A stretch of DNA of 64,000 nucleotides from an uncultured archaeon. Lineage in GTDB: Archaea; Thermoplasmatota; Penumbrarchaeia; JASLWR01. Positions 28,279 through 40,077 of the stretch are shown piece after piece (the first letter of the stretch is position 1; each line of letters begins with the position of its first letter). Below the pieces are notes generated by a model, which was not told the DNA's origin, ran no database searches, and saw only the letters and a list, made by a program, of their open reading frames with translations. A program made the translations under genes and the position numbers. The stretch covers positions 77,009 to 141,008 of the forward strand of contig CAYSHM010000002.1 of NCBI GenBank assembly GCA_964430885.1, written 5' to 3'.

Positions 28279-31200
28279 TCAAGCTTTTGCAGCCTTCAGC
28301 GAATCTCTAGCCGATTTTATTAGAAAGTTCAGTCTATTGAAGACATTGACCTCAGAGGAGCCCATGTCGCAATCCAGATAGAGCAGGTTCAGGTCGGGAT
28401 ACAGTTCTCTCATCCTTTTTTCCACCCCTTTTCCGATAATATGATTGGCGATACATCCGAAAGGCTGTACACAGATCACATTGTTAACATTGTCTTCGGC
28501 AAAAGCGGCTATTTCACCGGGTATCAGCCATCCCTCTCCGAACTGGTTGGTCAAACTGACAGTGCGGGAGGCCTTTTCTGCAATCTCGCCTATGGTGTGG
28601 GTCCTTCTGTAGAATTTAAATTTCTTCTTAATTTTCTCGAATTTATTATGGTAGTAATTGACATACCATTGAGCAACATAAGACATGTAATAGCCGAATC
28701 CACCCCTTTTTGTGTCTCTGTCCTTGCTTGCTCTTGTGTTGATCATACCCTGAGTAAAGAAATCAGTTATTGGAGGAACGACCACTTCTATACCTTTATT
28801 CTGGAGCCATTCCACCATATAGAAATTGGCAAAGGGATTGAATTTCACATATATCTCGCCGACAAATCCGACAGCAGGGTATTCTCCCTTGTAGGTATCT
28901 ATACCATTGAATCTCTGGACCGCTTCCCTTAAAAGACCCTTTGCCGTCTGCTTGCTTCTCCCTCCGAAGAAATCCACCATCTTGTCTATCATAATCTCGG
29001 TCTGTATCCAAGTATCACCCTTGTTCTTCTCCCTTACAACAGTAGCATTGTAGAACTGCATAATTGAATCGGACAGTAGAAGCCCTGGAAGCCCCAGTCG
29101 TGATAATTTTTTCTTGTCGGGCTTAAATCCAGGCTGATAGTTCAATTTTTCGTTAGAGAAGTGCACAGTAACAGATGGAACATGGGCAAAACCGGCAGAT
29201 ATGAGAGCTTTGTTCAGCAGCGGAAGATAGCTCGAAGCCCTGCACTGGCCCCCGGTTTGAGATATCCCCACAGCAGTTTTATCCAGATCATATTTCCCAG
29301 ATTGCAGCGCTTTGATAATATCACCGATCACAATGGTAGCTGGATAGCATATCTCGTTATTTGTGAATTTCTGTCCCGCATCCACGCTCTTTCTGTCAGG
29401 AGGCGGCAATGTCTCGAAATCATATCCCAGCCGGTTGAGCGCAGATTCTAAAGGTGGAGAATGGAAGGGTGAGAAATAGGGAATTATGATCTTCTTTTTT
29501 GCATCCTTATCCTCAAATATTGCATTCTCCGGCATTTCCCTGATAAGGTTGCTCTTGACGAATTTCCTCTGGTACAGCGATTCCATCATCGATCTCAATC
29601 TGAGCTTGATGGATCCCGGGCTCGACACCTCATCAATCCTAATAACTGTGTGGACCTTTCCGCTCTTCTCAAGTATCCTTTTCACCTCATCGCAGACCAC
29701 AGCATCAGGTCCGCAACCGAAGGAGTTCAGCTGAACGACCTCAACATTCTTCTGACGGGCCGCCCAATTGGCAGCAGCAAAGATCCGGTTGGGATAAGAC
29801 CATTGGGTCAGAACATTGACATTTTTTAATCCGTTCCTGATATCATGGGGGATGGAATCTTCGCTTATGACGTCAGCTCCCAGATCGGTTATTATCTCAG
29901 GAACCTTCTGATTTATTACCTGGTCCAAATGATACGGCCTCCCGAGCAGGATTACAACAAGCCTGTTATCCTTTTTGGCCTTTTTAAGAATCTTTTTTCC
30001 ATGAGCTCTGGTATCTTCCCTGAATTTATTCTGCGCTTCTAAAGCTGATATGAAAGCTTTGTTGAACTTTCCCTTCTTCACACCAATGGTCTTCAGGTAT
30101 TTCCAGCAGGCTTTTTTCAGCAGTTTGTCATCACCGAAATTGATTGTTGGAGCGTCAAAGGGAATGCCGAACCTGCGCTGAGGTATTACGGCGTTTTTGA
30201 TCACATCGGGATAACCTGATACTATTGGGCAGTTGAACTCGTTCAAAGAGTTGCCGTATTCCATTCTTTCAAAAACGACCATTGGATAGAATATTCGGTC
30301 AACCTTCATTTTGCCCAGACTTAATATATGGCCATTGGTCAATTTGGCAGGAAAACAGATGTTCTCAGACATTACCGTTCTGGCACCCATTTCCTGAATA
30401 TCCTTGTTCGAAGGGGGGGATAGAACAACATCCAGTCCGGAATCCTCAAAAAGTCTCTGCCAAAAGGGCAGGTTGTCAAACAGGTTAAGTACCCTGGGAA
30501 TCCCGATCCTGACCCGATTTTTTTTTCCTGAGCTCCTGCTCCTCTCGGAACCCTTTTTATTAGACTCTGTTTTATCCAATTCGGAGAACAGCAGGTCTAG
30601 TTTGTAACCCAACAGGTTTTTTCCCCGCTGGTGTTTGGTCCCTTTATTTGTGAAATACCTCTCGCATTTATTACCGGTATAGAAGACCTTGTTGGAATCA
30701 AAGGTGAGCTTGGTAATGGAGCAGCGGTTCTCACATCCTTTGCATTTTATTAATCGCGATTTACTGTTCTTTGCAATATCTAGATTATCAAGGCCGATAA
30801 AGGTTGAGGTTTTAGCAGTTTTTTCTTTGCTTATTTCCTCCTGCCAAATATCCTTTGCCTTCAGCGCTGCACCGTAAGCCCCCATAAGCTCTGGGATGGT
30901 TGAGCATATCACCTCTCTGCCCAATAATAGTTCCATGGCCCGATGAACCCCCGGATTTCTGAATGTTCCTCCCTGGACCACAATATTTTCTCCTAGAACC
31001 GATGTATCCTTGATCTTAAGGACCTTGTAGAAACAGTTCTTTATCACTGAAAAAGCCAATCCTGCGGATATGTCCTCAACGGTTGCACCTTCCCTGAAGG
31101 ACTGTTTCACCTTTGAGTTCATGAACACAGTACACCGGGTGCCTAGGTCGGCTGGGGCCTTGGAATGAACTCCCTTTTTAGCAAATTTCTCAACCTGATA

Positions 31201-32622
31201 GCCCATGGACCTGGCAAATGTCTCGATGAAGGATCCGCATCCTGAGGAACAGGCTTCGTTAATTTCGATGTTTGTGATAACTCCTCCGTCTATGAAGATA
31301 GCTTTCATATCCTGCCCGCCGATATCCAGTATGAATGATACATCCTTTATCATTTCCGAGGCGGCCCTAAAATGTCCCAGGGTCTCCACTATTCCCAGGT
31401 CAGCAGAGAACGCAGCTTTGATAAGGTCTTCTCCGTAACCGGTTACGCAGGCTTTGGCCACATTGATATGGATATTCCCATTTATCAGCAAATCCTTCAA
31501 TTCCTCGAGGCCCTTAACTACTGTACCTATTGGATCTCCCCTGTTTGAAGAATAGAACTTGTAGGCCAGATTTCCCTTATCATCAGTAAGGACTATCTTC
31601 GTTGTGGTACTGCCGGAATCAATGCCGAGAAAACAGTCTTTTCCCTTGATATTCAACAGCTCAACGGTCTGTCCAATTTCCTTCATCCGTCCTTTTTCCC
31701 AAGTCTGGTATTCTTTTTTATTTGAGAATAACGGATCAAGACGTCCCTTGACCTTGATATCTGAATCATTATGAGTTTCAAATCGCTGAATAAGGGATCT
31801 CAGGCCGATGTTCAGCCGTTCGTCCTGATCATAAATCGCGGTCCCAATGGCAGGAAGAAGCAGAGGGTGGGAAACATCCACGCAGTCATCAGCTCTGAAT
31901 TCCAAAAATTCAATGAAATCCTTTTTCAGCATTGACAGGAATGTAGTTGGTCCGCCGCAGAACACCACCTTCGGTTTGGGATCGAAACCTCTGGCCAACG
32001 TTGAAACAGTCTGTACCACCACCGCATGAAATATGGAGGCCGCGATGTTTTCCTTGCTAATTTTCCTTGATAGTAGGTTCTGAACATCCGTTTTGGCAAA
32101 TACTCCGCATCGGGATGCAATTGTATAGACCTCTGTGGCTTTGCCCGCCAATCCATCCAGCTCAGATATGTCAACATCAAGCAATGTAGCCATTTGGTCG
32201 ATAAAGGCGCCAGTGCCCCCGGCACAGTTCCCGTTCATTCTCATATCCGGACGGCCCCTTTCATCAAAGAATATTATCTTGGAATCTTCCCCGCCAATAT
32301 CTATCAGGGTCTTAACACCTGGATGAAAATGTTTGATATAATCCGCCGCAGCTACCACCTCTTGAACAAAGGGGATGTCCATTCTTTCAGCCACACCCAT
32401 TCCTGCAGAACCTGTCACAGCGAGCGAGATATCAATATTGCCCATTTTTTTCATTGCCTTCTTGAGCATTCCCTTCAGAGCCTTGGGTATGTCGCCTAGA
32501 TGTCGGGAATAATCATTATAGATCATCTTCATGTCCCTGGACATAATGACGAATTTAGCAGTGGTGGAACCGATGTCCGCTCCGGCAATATATCTTATTT
32601 TTCCTTTTCTATCTCTTTTCAT
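28279..32622 (-). CDS. 2-hydroxyacyl-CoA dehydratase activator-related fusion (two BadF/BcrAD ATPase domains plus DUF2229-type domains)
   Basis: Two ASKHA motif sets (GADIGSTTAK/DIGGEDSK/CAGGTG; GIDSGSTTTK/DIGGQDMK/CSSGCGS), then CFPAK, SFGCGPDA, CYPA and QPFGCIANH. Confidence 0.92.
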   Translation of the reverse strand: MKRDRKGKIRYIAGADIGSTTAKFVIMSRDMKMIYNDYSRHLGDIPKALKGMLKKAMKKMGNIDISLAVTGSAGMGVAERMDIPFVQEVVAAADYIKHFHPGVKTLIDIGGEDSKIIFFDERGRPDMRMNGNCAGGTGAFIDQMATLLDVDISELDGLAGKATEVYTIASRCGVFAKTDVQNLLSRKISKENIAASIFHAVVVQTVSTLARGFDPKPKVVFCGGPTTFLSMLKKDFIEFLEFRADDCVDVSHPLLLPAIGTAIYDQDERLNIGLRSLIQRFETHNDSDIKVKGRLDPLFSNKKEYQTWEKGRMKEIGQTVELLNIKGKDCFLGIDSGSTTTKIVLTDDKGNLAYKFYSSNRGDPIGTVVKGLEELKDLLINGNIHINVAKACVTGYGEDLIKAAFSADLGIVETLGHFRAASEMIKDVSFILDIGGQDMKAIFIDGGVITNIEINEACSSGCGSFIETFARSMGYQVEKFAKKGVHSKAPADLGTRCTVFMNSKVKQSFREGATVEDISAGLAFSVIKNCFYKVLKIKDTSVLGENIVVQGGTFRNPGVHRAMELLLGREVICSTIPELMGAYGAALKAKDIWQEEISKEKTAKTSTFIGLDNLDIAKNSKSRLIKCKGCENRCSITKLTFDSNKVFYTGNKCERYFTNKGTKHQRGKNLLGYKLDLLFSELDKTESNKKGSERSRSSGKKNRVRIGIPRVLNLFDNLPFWQRLFEDSGLDVVLSPPSNKDIQEMGARTVMSENICFPAKLTNGHILSLGKMKVDRIFYPMVVFERMEYGNSLNEFNCPIVSGYPDVIKNAVIPQRRFGIPFDAPTINFGDDKLLKKACWKYLKTIGVKKGKFNKAFISALEAQNKFREDTRAHGKKILKKAKKDNRLVVILLGRPYHLDQVINQKVPEIITDLGADVISEDSIPHDIRNGLKNVNVLTQWSYPNRIFAAANWAARQKNVEVVQLNSFGCGPDAVVCDEVKRILEKSGKVHTVIRIDEVSSPGSIKLRLRSMMESLYQRKFVKSNLIREMPENAIFEDKDAKKKIIIPYFSPFHSPPLESALNRLGYDFETLPPPDRKSVDAGQKFTNNEICYPATIVIGDIIKALQSGKYDLDKTAVGISQTGGQCRASSYLPLLNKALISAGFAHVPSVTVHFSNEKLNYQPGFKPDKKKLSRLGLPGLLLSDSIMQFYNATVVREKNKGDTWIQTEIMIDKMVDFFGGRSKQTAKGLLREAVQRFNGIDTYKGEYPAVGFVGEIYVKFNPFANFYMVEWLQNKGIEVVVPPITDFFTQGMINTRASKDRDTKRGGFGYYMSYVAQWYVNYYHNKFEKIKKKFKFYRRTHTIGEIAEKASRTVSLTNQFGEGWLIPGEIAAFAEDNVNNVICVQPFGCIANHIIGKGVEKRMRELYPDLNLLYLDCDMGSSEVNVFNRLNFLIKSARDSLKAAKA

Positions 32623-32792
32623 GGATGTTCACTTCGAATGATACGGGGAATCTATCCCTAATTGGGTTTTCATGAGGCATTAATACTGGACCTTTTTATA
32701 ACTGCTTGCTATAGAATTAACGCACCTGAAATGTTTTTTTGATATACTAAAATTTTTATTACAATATGCATGGAAGATAATGATCGCAAGTG

Positions 32793-34451
32793 TCATTGGT
32801 CTATCCACATGAGGTAAATATCAAGCACATTGGTACCGGTATAACCTCTCTCAATAGTGTGCGCGTATATCTTGAAGAAATGGTATGAATCGTAATTATC
32901 CAGATGTTTATTTACCATAGTGTAAATAAATTTCCTTAATTGGTTCTCATCACTTGGATCTGGAATATGATCATTATCAGGATTTGGCTTTAATCCTGCA
33001 AACCCCCTAATTCTTTTTAATAGCTCCTTTCCTTCAAAATAACATCCTGCAGCAGGGGAGTCCCCATCCTTTCCATCTGTAGCCAGGGATAGAAAGGAGA
33101 TCCGGTGCAGCATGTTCCTAAGATGGTCTTCTTCCACAACTCTTTTCAGGAAAAACAATCCAGTATGAAGTGCCCTCCCTCCCATTCCGATACCCGTTTT
33201 TTTCTTATTTTCTTTAATTCCAACATCCTTGTATCCATCCACCGGAATCTTAATTGTGGGCTCACCCCCGGTAAAGAATATTCGCTTGTGAGATTTTTTT
33301 TCTTGATCTTTCAGTCCTCCCGGACTAAAAATATCCAATGAATCATCTCTTTTGAGGCGGGAGGTATTTGTCTCCTCATGAAAATAATTCTTTGCGTGAA
33401 CGATGAAATCCTCAACTAATTCATTGACATTGAATTCCATCGAAGATCGTCCAATAGGATCGAACAATGTTACTGATGAAGTGTCCGAATTCTCCTGAAA
33501 AAAATATAACAGGTCACTTAGCAACCTTTCGTTTGAGTATATGATCTCACTTCTGATGCAGATCTCCTTTCCTTGAGCCTCTTTTCCGAATATATTCCCT
33601 TGAGAAAATACACTGTCTGGGACGATTCCGTTCAGGTCATATTTTTTCAAAATTTCCAGTATCTTATTCATCTCCTCTTCACGGTTAGGGTAGTCATCTC
33701 CTAGATACATAGGACTGGATCCAACCGCCGACAGCACATTATCGTTTTTTCCGTTTTCCGTTTCATATATTTGATATCCCTCTATAGACTGTGCCCGGAG
33801 CTCTCGGTCATCCGTAACATCACTGAGAACAAGATTGAACATTTTCCTGCCGCTGTAAATGCCAGCCAATTTTCCGCCTTTTATGGTGGACAGCCACTTC
33901 CTGATCCTGTTGATCTCCCTGATGTCAGCTCCTGATAATACCAGTGCCTTGTACAGATCCCTTAATTCGGTGAGCGTAAGCCCTTTGATAGGCCGCACCA
34001 TAAGGGATGAGGCGCCTCCGCTAAGTAGGAAAAAACATGTACCCTGGTTTTTGGATACCTCTTCATACACCGTTCTTCCGGCTTCAATACTGCCTTTTCC
34101 TGGGTAGGGGTGTTCACCTTGAATACATATTATTGGATGGCTCTCATGAAGCTTATTTATTGTTAAGTGATCATCCAATAATTCCTTTAATGAAAAATCG
34201 TAACCCCTGGGAAAAACTATGACGCTCCTCATAGGATAGGTTTCATGCAAATCCGAAAAACTCTTCTCTATCCACCTGAAGAATCCTTTGATCATGAGAA
34301 CCGAGGCTTTTCCTACTGCGATCACCAGAATTCCGCTTTCAAGATCTGTAAGAGCCTTGGCGGTTAGATTGTCACACATCCATTCGTAGGTCAGTTTCTC
34401 GGGATTACTCAATTGAAAGACCTTTTTTACAATCTCTTTGACCTCAACCAT
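32793..34451 (-). CDS. Glycerate 2-kinase-like protein (DUF4147/MOFRL), divergent with insertions
   Basis: VGKAS, HPYP, LLSGGASSL, GGEPT, TDGKDG, TGTNV. Confidence 0.85.
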   Translation of the reverse strand: MVEVKEIVKKVFQLSNPEKLTYEWMCDNLTAKALTDLESGILVIAVGKASVLMIKGFFRWIEKSFSDLHETYPMRSVIVFPRGYDFSLKELLDDHLTINKLHESHPIICIQGEHPYPGKGSIEAGRTVYEEVSKNQGTCFFLLSGGASSLMVRPIKGLTLTELRDLYKALVLSGADIREINRIRKWLSTIKGGKLAGIYSGRKMFNLVLSDVTDDRELRAQSIEGYQIYETENGKNDNVLSAVGSSPMYLGDDYPNREEEMNKILEILKKYDLNGIVPDSVFSQGNIFGKEAQGKEICIRSEIIYSNERLLSDLLYFFQENSDTSSVTLFDPIGRSSMEFNVNELVEDFIVHAKNYFHEETNTSRLKRDDSLDIFSPGGLKDQEKKSHKRIFFTGGEPTIKIPVDGYKDVGIKENKKKTGIGMGGRALHTGLFFLKRVVEEDHLRNMLHRISFLSLATDGKDGDSPAAGCYFEGKELLKRIRGFAGLKPNPDNDHIPDPSDENQLRKFIYTMVNKHLDNYDSYHFFKIYAHTIERGYTGTNVLDIYLMWIDQ

Positions 34452-34472
34452 TTTCTGCCACCAGCAGACGAT

Positions 34473-35450
34473 CTAGGAGTCGTATACCTCAGGATTGACA
34501 ATGTTGGGAGGCATCTCTCCCTTGAGTATTTTTTCCATATTCCGGCATGTGGTTACTGCCATACCCCGCCGTGTGATGAGTGATGCAGAACCGATATGGG
34601 GAAGCACTACGACATTGTTCAGTTCAAGAAGTTTCGGATTGATTATAGGCTCTTCCTCAAAAACATCCATCCCAGCACCCCATATTTCACCATTTTTCAA
34701 TGCATCTGCGAGATCTTTCTCGTTGACACATGCACCCCGTGCAGTATTTATGAAGATGGCCGTCTTCTTCATGAGCCTGAACTCTCTTTTGGTGATCAGA
34801 TGATGTGTTTCTTGAGATAATGGGGTGTGGAGAGATATGAAGTCGCTCTCAGTTAATAGCTCATCCAGACTGCAGTACTGGGCTCCTGTATCGCTTTCTA
34901 AAAGTTTATCGGGTTTTCTATTATGATAGAGTATAGTCATATTGAATCCAAGGGCCCTTCTAGCTAGGCTTCCTCCGATCTTTCCGGCTCCAATTATTCC
35001 CAGAGTCTTACCATGAACGTCTGCCCCTAGGAATAGTTCAGCCCCCCAACCTGTAAATTTACCTGATTTGGCATATTCATGGGCTTCCGGGATCCTTCTT
35101 GCAGATGCCAATAACAATGCAAAAGCCAGGTCAGCAGTTGTTTCGGTTAAAGCTCCTGGTGAATTTGTGACAGGTATACCCTGTGAAGTGGCATAATCAA
35201 CATCAATATTATTATAACCCGCGGCATAATTGGATACTCCTATCAAGCCTGGAACTGACAGCACCTCTCTGTTGATATTGTCGGTCAGAAGACATATCAA
35301 TCCGGTGCACCCTTCCAGGCCTGCTCTTATCTCCTTTACTGTGGGTATTGTTTCTTCCTGTCTGATAATAAGTTCAAAATCCCCGTCCAGAAGGTCCAAT
35401 CCTTTCTTGGGTATCTTCCTTGTTACAAAAATCTTCTCTTTCCCTTTCAT
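34473..35450 (-). CDS. gyaR: D-glycerate dehydrogenase / glyoxylate-hydroxypyruvate reductase
   Basis: GAGKIG Rossmann motif, INTARG, DVFEEEP, LPHIGSA. Confidence 0.9.
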   Translation of the reverse strand: MKGKEKIFVTRKIPKKGLDLLDGDFELIIRQEETIPTVKEIRAGLEGCTGLICLLTDNINREVLSVPGLIGVSNYAAGYNNIDVDYATSQGIPVTNSPGALTETTADLAFALLLASARRIPEAHEYAKSGKFTGWGAELFLGADVHGKTLGIIGAGKIGGSLARRALGFNMTILYHNRKPDKLLESDTGAQYCSLDELLTESDFISLHTPLSQETHHLITKREFRLMKKTAIFINTARGACVNEKDLADALKNGEIWGAGMDVFEEEPIINPKLLELNNVVVLPHIGSASLITRRGMAVTTCRNMEKILKGEMPPNIVNPEVYDS

Positions 35451-35533
35451 TTTTTCACCTGGATATGATAGATTTTTTCCATGTCAGATCCAATATAAAC
35501 CCCGCAGTGGCTGGAGACGAATATTCGCGGTAT

Positions 35534-36391
35534 CTATCTGCCCTTATCATTCAGAAGCTGGACCATGTCCTGTTTGAATTCAGGTGAGATATATCCTTTC
35601 CTGCAGAGTTCCTCGATGTTTTCTTTACGTTTCTTGATAATTCCCTTTTCACTTCCAAATTCCAGTATGCCATTTTTTCTCTCGGCCACACCTGAAGCGT
35701 GACAGCTGAAAGGTACTAGTTCTGGTCGGGATATTATCTCTGATAATATCTTCATGAACATGGGCAGAGCGATGACAGCAAAAAAACTGGTATAGATATA
35801 GAACCAGCTCATACGGCTTCTATCTCTTTCCATCCATGCGTAAATTGCCAGAAGAATGCCAGATGCCATCAGGGCCGAGAAAAGAAGGTATTTCAAAAAA
35901 ACAGGCACATTTCTATCCATGTACTCTGAAGTTATGAGCACAGTTCCAGAAACGATGAAAATTGCTGCTGATATGAGTCTCAATGTCCAGCCTTTATCCA
36001 TACCTTTGTAATTGATTACAAGATCGGCTACGATGATCAAACCCAGAATAGGTAGTATTGATGATGTCACATAAGTGAATACTGAGGCTTTTTCTCTATC
36101 TGGAAGATTATAACTGACCACCAAGAAGATTAGAAGAAGGGATAGTCCGCCGCAGAATGCTACACATGCCCTTTTGTAGAATGCATCGTCCGGGTTTCCT
36201 TTGATGAAGGGATATGTCAGGGATAATGTAGCAGTAATTAATGGCAGCAGTCCAGCAATCCAGTCTGGAAAAAAAAGCGCGAAAATAATTGTTGAGAATA
36301 TGGACAGAGGGATCAATACCTTATGTGTGGTAATAATCCGCGGAAATCTCTTGTCATGCTTTCCTCTCATTTCATTTTTTACAATGGACAA
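35534..36391 (-). CDS. Multi-pass membrane protein with a short C-terminal SHOCT-like helix pair
   Basis: About seven hydrophobic segments; C-terminal EELCRKGYISPEF. Confidence 0.7.
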   Translation of the reverse strand: MSIVKNEMRGKHDKRFPRIITTHKVLIPLSIFSTIIFALFFPDWIAGLLPLITATLSLTYPFIKGNPDDAFYKRACVAFCGGLSLLLIFLVVSYNLPDREKASVFTYVTSSILPILGLIIVADLVINYKGMDKGWTLRLISAAIFIVSGTVLITSEYMDRNVPVFLKYLLFSALMASGILLAIYAWMERDRSRMSWFYIYTSFFAVIALPMFMKILSEIISRPELVPFSCHASGVAERKNGILEFGSEKGIIKKRKENIEELCRKGYISPEFKQDMVQLLNDKGR

Positions 36392-36613
36392 GTTTACCCT
36401 CCTTGATGTTATGTTATGGTGTACCTTTATTGAAAAATATTTCCCAGATATTTATCGATAAATCCTGGAGTATGATATAATAATCGTAATAATTGCTTCA
36501 ATAAATGTCGATGGGATATTGGTTATTGTCAGTATAGAATAATAATAGTATTGACGAAAGAATAAGTCGGAAAAATAAAAAACAAACTGTAGATAGCAAA
36601 GTATAAATGAATA

Positions 36614-36640
36614 GAACAGCAGGAATAAAACCTGCTGTTC
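36614..36640 (-). terminator. Stem-loop downstream of gdhA
   Basis: Perfect 10-bp inverted repeat GAACAGCAGG-aataaaa-CCTGCTGTTC, about 50 nt after the gdhA stop. Confidence 0.6.
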
Positions 36641-36688
36641 GGTTCTTGATATACTGCTTAAGGGTGTGGATCTCTTCACAAATCGTTT

Positions 36689-38110
<1,422 letters not shown>

Positions 38111-38220
38111 TTACAATATATAGGGGTTCGCTTCATTAATGAAAATCAATGGAACAATTTAGGCCCTTCTTGTCATGTAAAAGCGAGTATTTTTTTGCTC
38201 TAGCATACTTAAGGAAACGT

Positions 38221-38799
38221 TCATAAATTATTTTTTTTCTTGAAGATTATCTGTTCCACTTTATTAAGAATTTCTTGGGTGATTTTCATATTATTCTCCT
38301 TCATGGCCACCAGGGTAGCCGTTTCAGGAAAAATGTTCAATACTTTTTCCAGTTCGGAAGCTCTTCTCAATAGTTCTTCATCTATCTCAAAACCGGTAAA
38401 GATTTCGTCTTTGGAACTTGTTTTCTCTTTACTGATTTCCTCAACCGGTTGGTCTTCCTCTACTGGGATCGATTTAATAGAACTGGCGATATCCTCGTAA
38501 GATGGTTTGAAAGGATTGGGAGTTTCAATGTCCTCCCAGGTAAAGTTGGGAATAAAAGTTGTTTTGGATATGTCTTCTTCAATAGCATTTTCTCCCGAAT
38601 CAAGGATGGATTTCAGATGTCCACTGGAAATTGCTAGATCTATCAAATTATTTGCCTGTTCCAACGGAAACAATCTAAGGTCCATTGCCAGTACAAAGGC
38701 CATTTTGGATCTTCGAAGCGGTTTTCCGCCTTCCTTTTTGAACAATATGGAAATGCAGGTCTTTAGAGCACTTTTCTTCTTATTCATACGATCCTCCAT
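38221..38799 (-). CDS. DUF2240-like archaeal conserved protein
   Basis: F..EG...L....MAFVLAMDLRLF..EQA..LIDLA...G.L and PNPFKPS pattern. Confidence 0.75.
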   Translation of the reverse strand: MEDRMNKKKSALKTCISILFKKEGGKPLRRSKMAFVLAMDLRLFPLEQANNLIDLAISSGHLKSILDSGENAIEEDISKTTFIPNFTWEDIETPNPFKPSYEDIASSIKSIPVEEDQPVEEISKEKTSSKDEIFTGFEIDEELLRRASELEKVLNIFPETATLVAMKENNMKITQEILNKVEQIIFKKKNNL

Positions 38800-38947
38800 T
38801 CAATCTATCATTAATAATCAAATATCAATATTGGGTATGATTTCATGATATATTATACTTTGAGAATCTATAACAACTTAGATTTATCTGTGGATGTATA
38901 ACCAGTAGCCTGATTGCCGGGAAACTACCGCCAAATAGATTGAGTTT

Positions 38948-39631
38948 TCAGATGAAATAACTGATCCCTATTATTGCGCCTTTAACCCCTTTTTCACAAA
39001 GATGGTCAACTGAATCCAGAGATATATTTCCCCCTACATAGAGGTTCATTTTTTCCTTCAGTATCCGATCTATGAGTCTCATATCTATTTTATTATGGCT
39101 GCTAGCGCCCTTCATAGACCCGAAATCGGTAAAGATAATGTTCTCGACTCCCAAGGAGGTTACCTTATGGACCATATCCTCCACATCCATTTTCATCAAT
39201 GATTCAGATGGAGATAATATGCCGTCATTAAAATCAACTTCAAATAATATATTTGGTGTGAGTTCGAAACATTCCAGAACCGTTTCCAAATTGTCAATGC
39301 CCTTGGTGGATACAACTACAGCAGCTACACCGCTCATGATGGGATCAAAGATTTCTTCTGAATCGGATATCAGCCCTTCGTACCATATGTCAACAATCTC
39401 AGAGCCTTCCTTTAAAACTTCCACCTGTACCTTGTTCTTTGTAACATTATCCAGGTCTATGAGGTGAATAGTGTCATATTCTTCACCTATTTCCCTTATC
39501 AATTTCAAGGCGACCTGTTTCTTCCCATCCCTTACAATTGGTACATATTCTCCATCTTTTACAACTATTGCCATTCCTTTTGAAACGGTTATGGATGGGA
39601 TGATCCTGAATTTATCTCCTGCTGTTTCCAA
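38948..39631 (-). CDS. HisA/HisF-related TIM-barrel protein (divergent)
   Basis: IIPSITV..G.A, IHLIDLD, YVGGNI, GVKGAIIG. Confidence 0.75.
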   Translation of the reverse strand: METAGDKFRIIPSITVSKGMAIVVKDGEYVPIVRDGKKQVALKLIREIGEEYDTIHLIDLDNVTKNKVQVEVLKEGSEIVDIWYEGLISDSEEIFDPIMSGVAAVVVSTKGIDNLETVLECFELTPNILFEVDFNDGILSPSESLMKMDVEDMVHKVTSLGVENIIFTDFGSMKGASSHNKIDMRLIDRILKEKMNLYVGGNISLDSVDHLCEKGVKGAIIGISYFI

Positions 39632-39766
39632 ATAAAACCCACACTCATAAGATAGATATTATTATATATCCAATGCTTCACGCCTGCACTGGTATTTCAG
39701 ATACTTTTTAAAAATTTGAAATAAAAATATTCTTGATTTGAAAAACGTAATTATGGGATCGCCTAT

Positions 39767-40042
39767 TTACATTGGCCCGATTACAACTACATCTTTAACT
39801 GCTTGGATATTGTTGAAATCCAGCACAATGCGCTCCATTTTGTCGGTTTTATACCTAGATATGTCGAGTTCCTCATTGGGTGCCACAAGGACATATTCAA
39901 TTGCACCGGAATCGGTATCTACAACAAAGTTATCAATGATTCCCAGAATATCGCCTGTAGCGCTCATCAATGTTTTTCCCCTGAGTTCCGTGATAAAATG
40001 TTTGTTCTCACCACTGTTGGTTACTATCATATCATCATTCAT
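39767..40042 (-). CDS. PRC-barrel protein (CdpB-like)
   Basis: ELRGKTLMSATGDILGIIDNFVVDTDSGAIEYVLV...IQAVKDVVVI. Confidence 0.88.
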   Translation of the reverse strand: MNDDMIVTNSGENKHFITELRGKTLMSATGDILGIIDNFVVDTDSGAIEYVLVAPNEELDISRYKTDKMERIVLDFNNIQAVKDVVVIGPM

Positions 40043-40077
40043 AATTATCCACCCTCTGGACTATTTGAAGACCGTTA

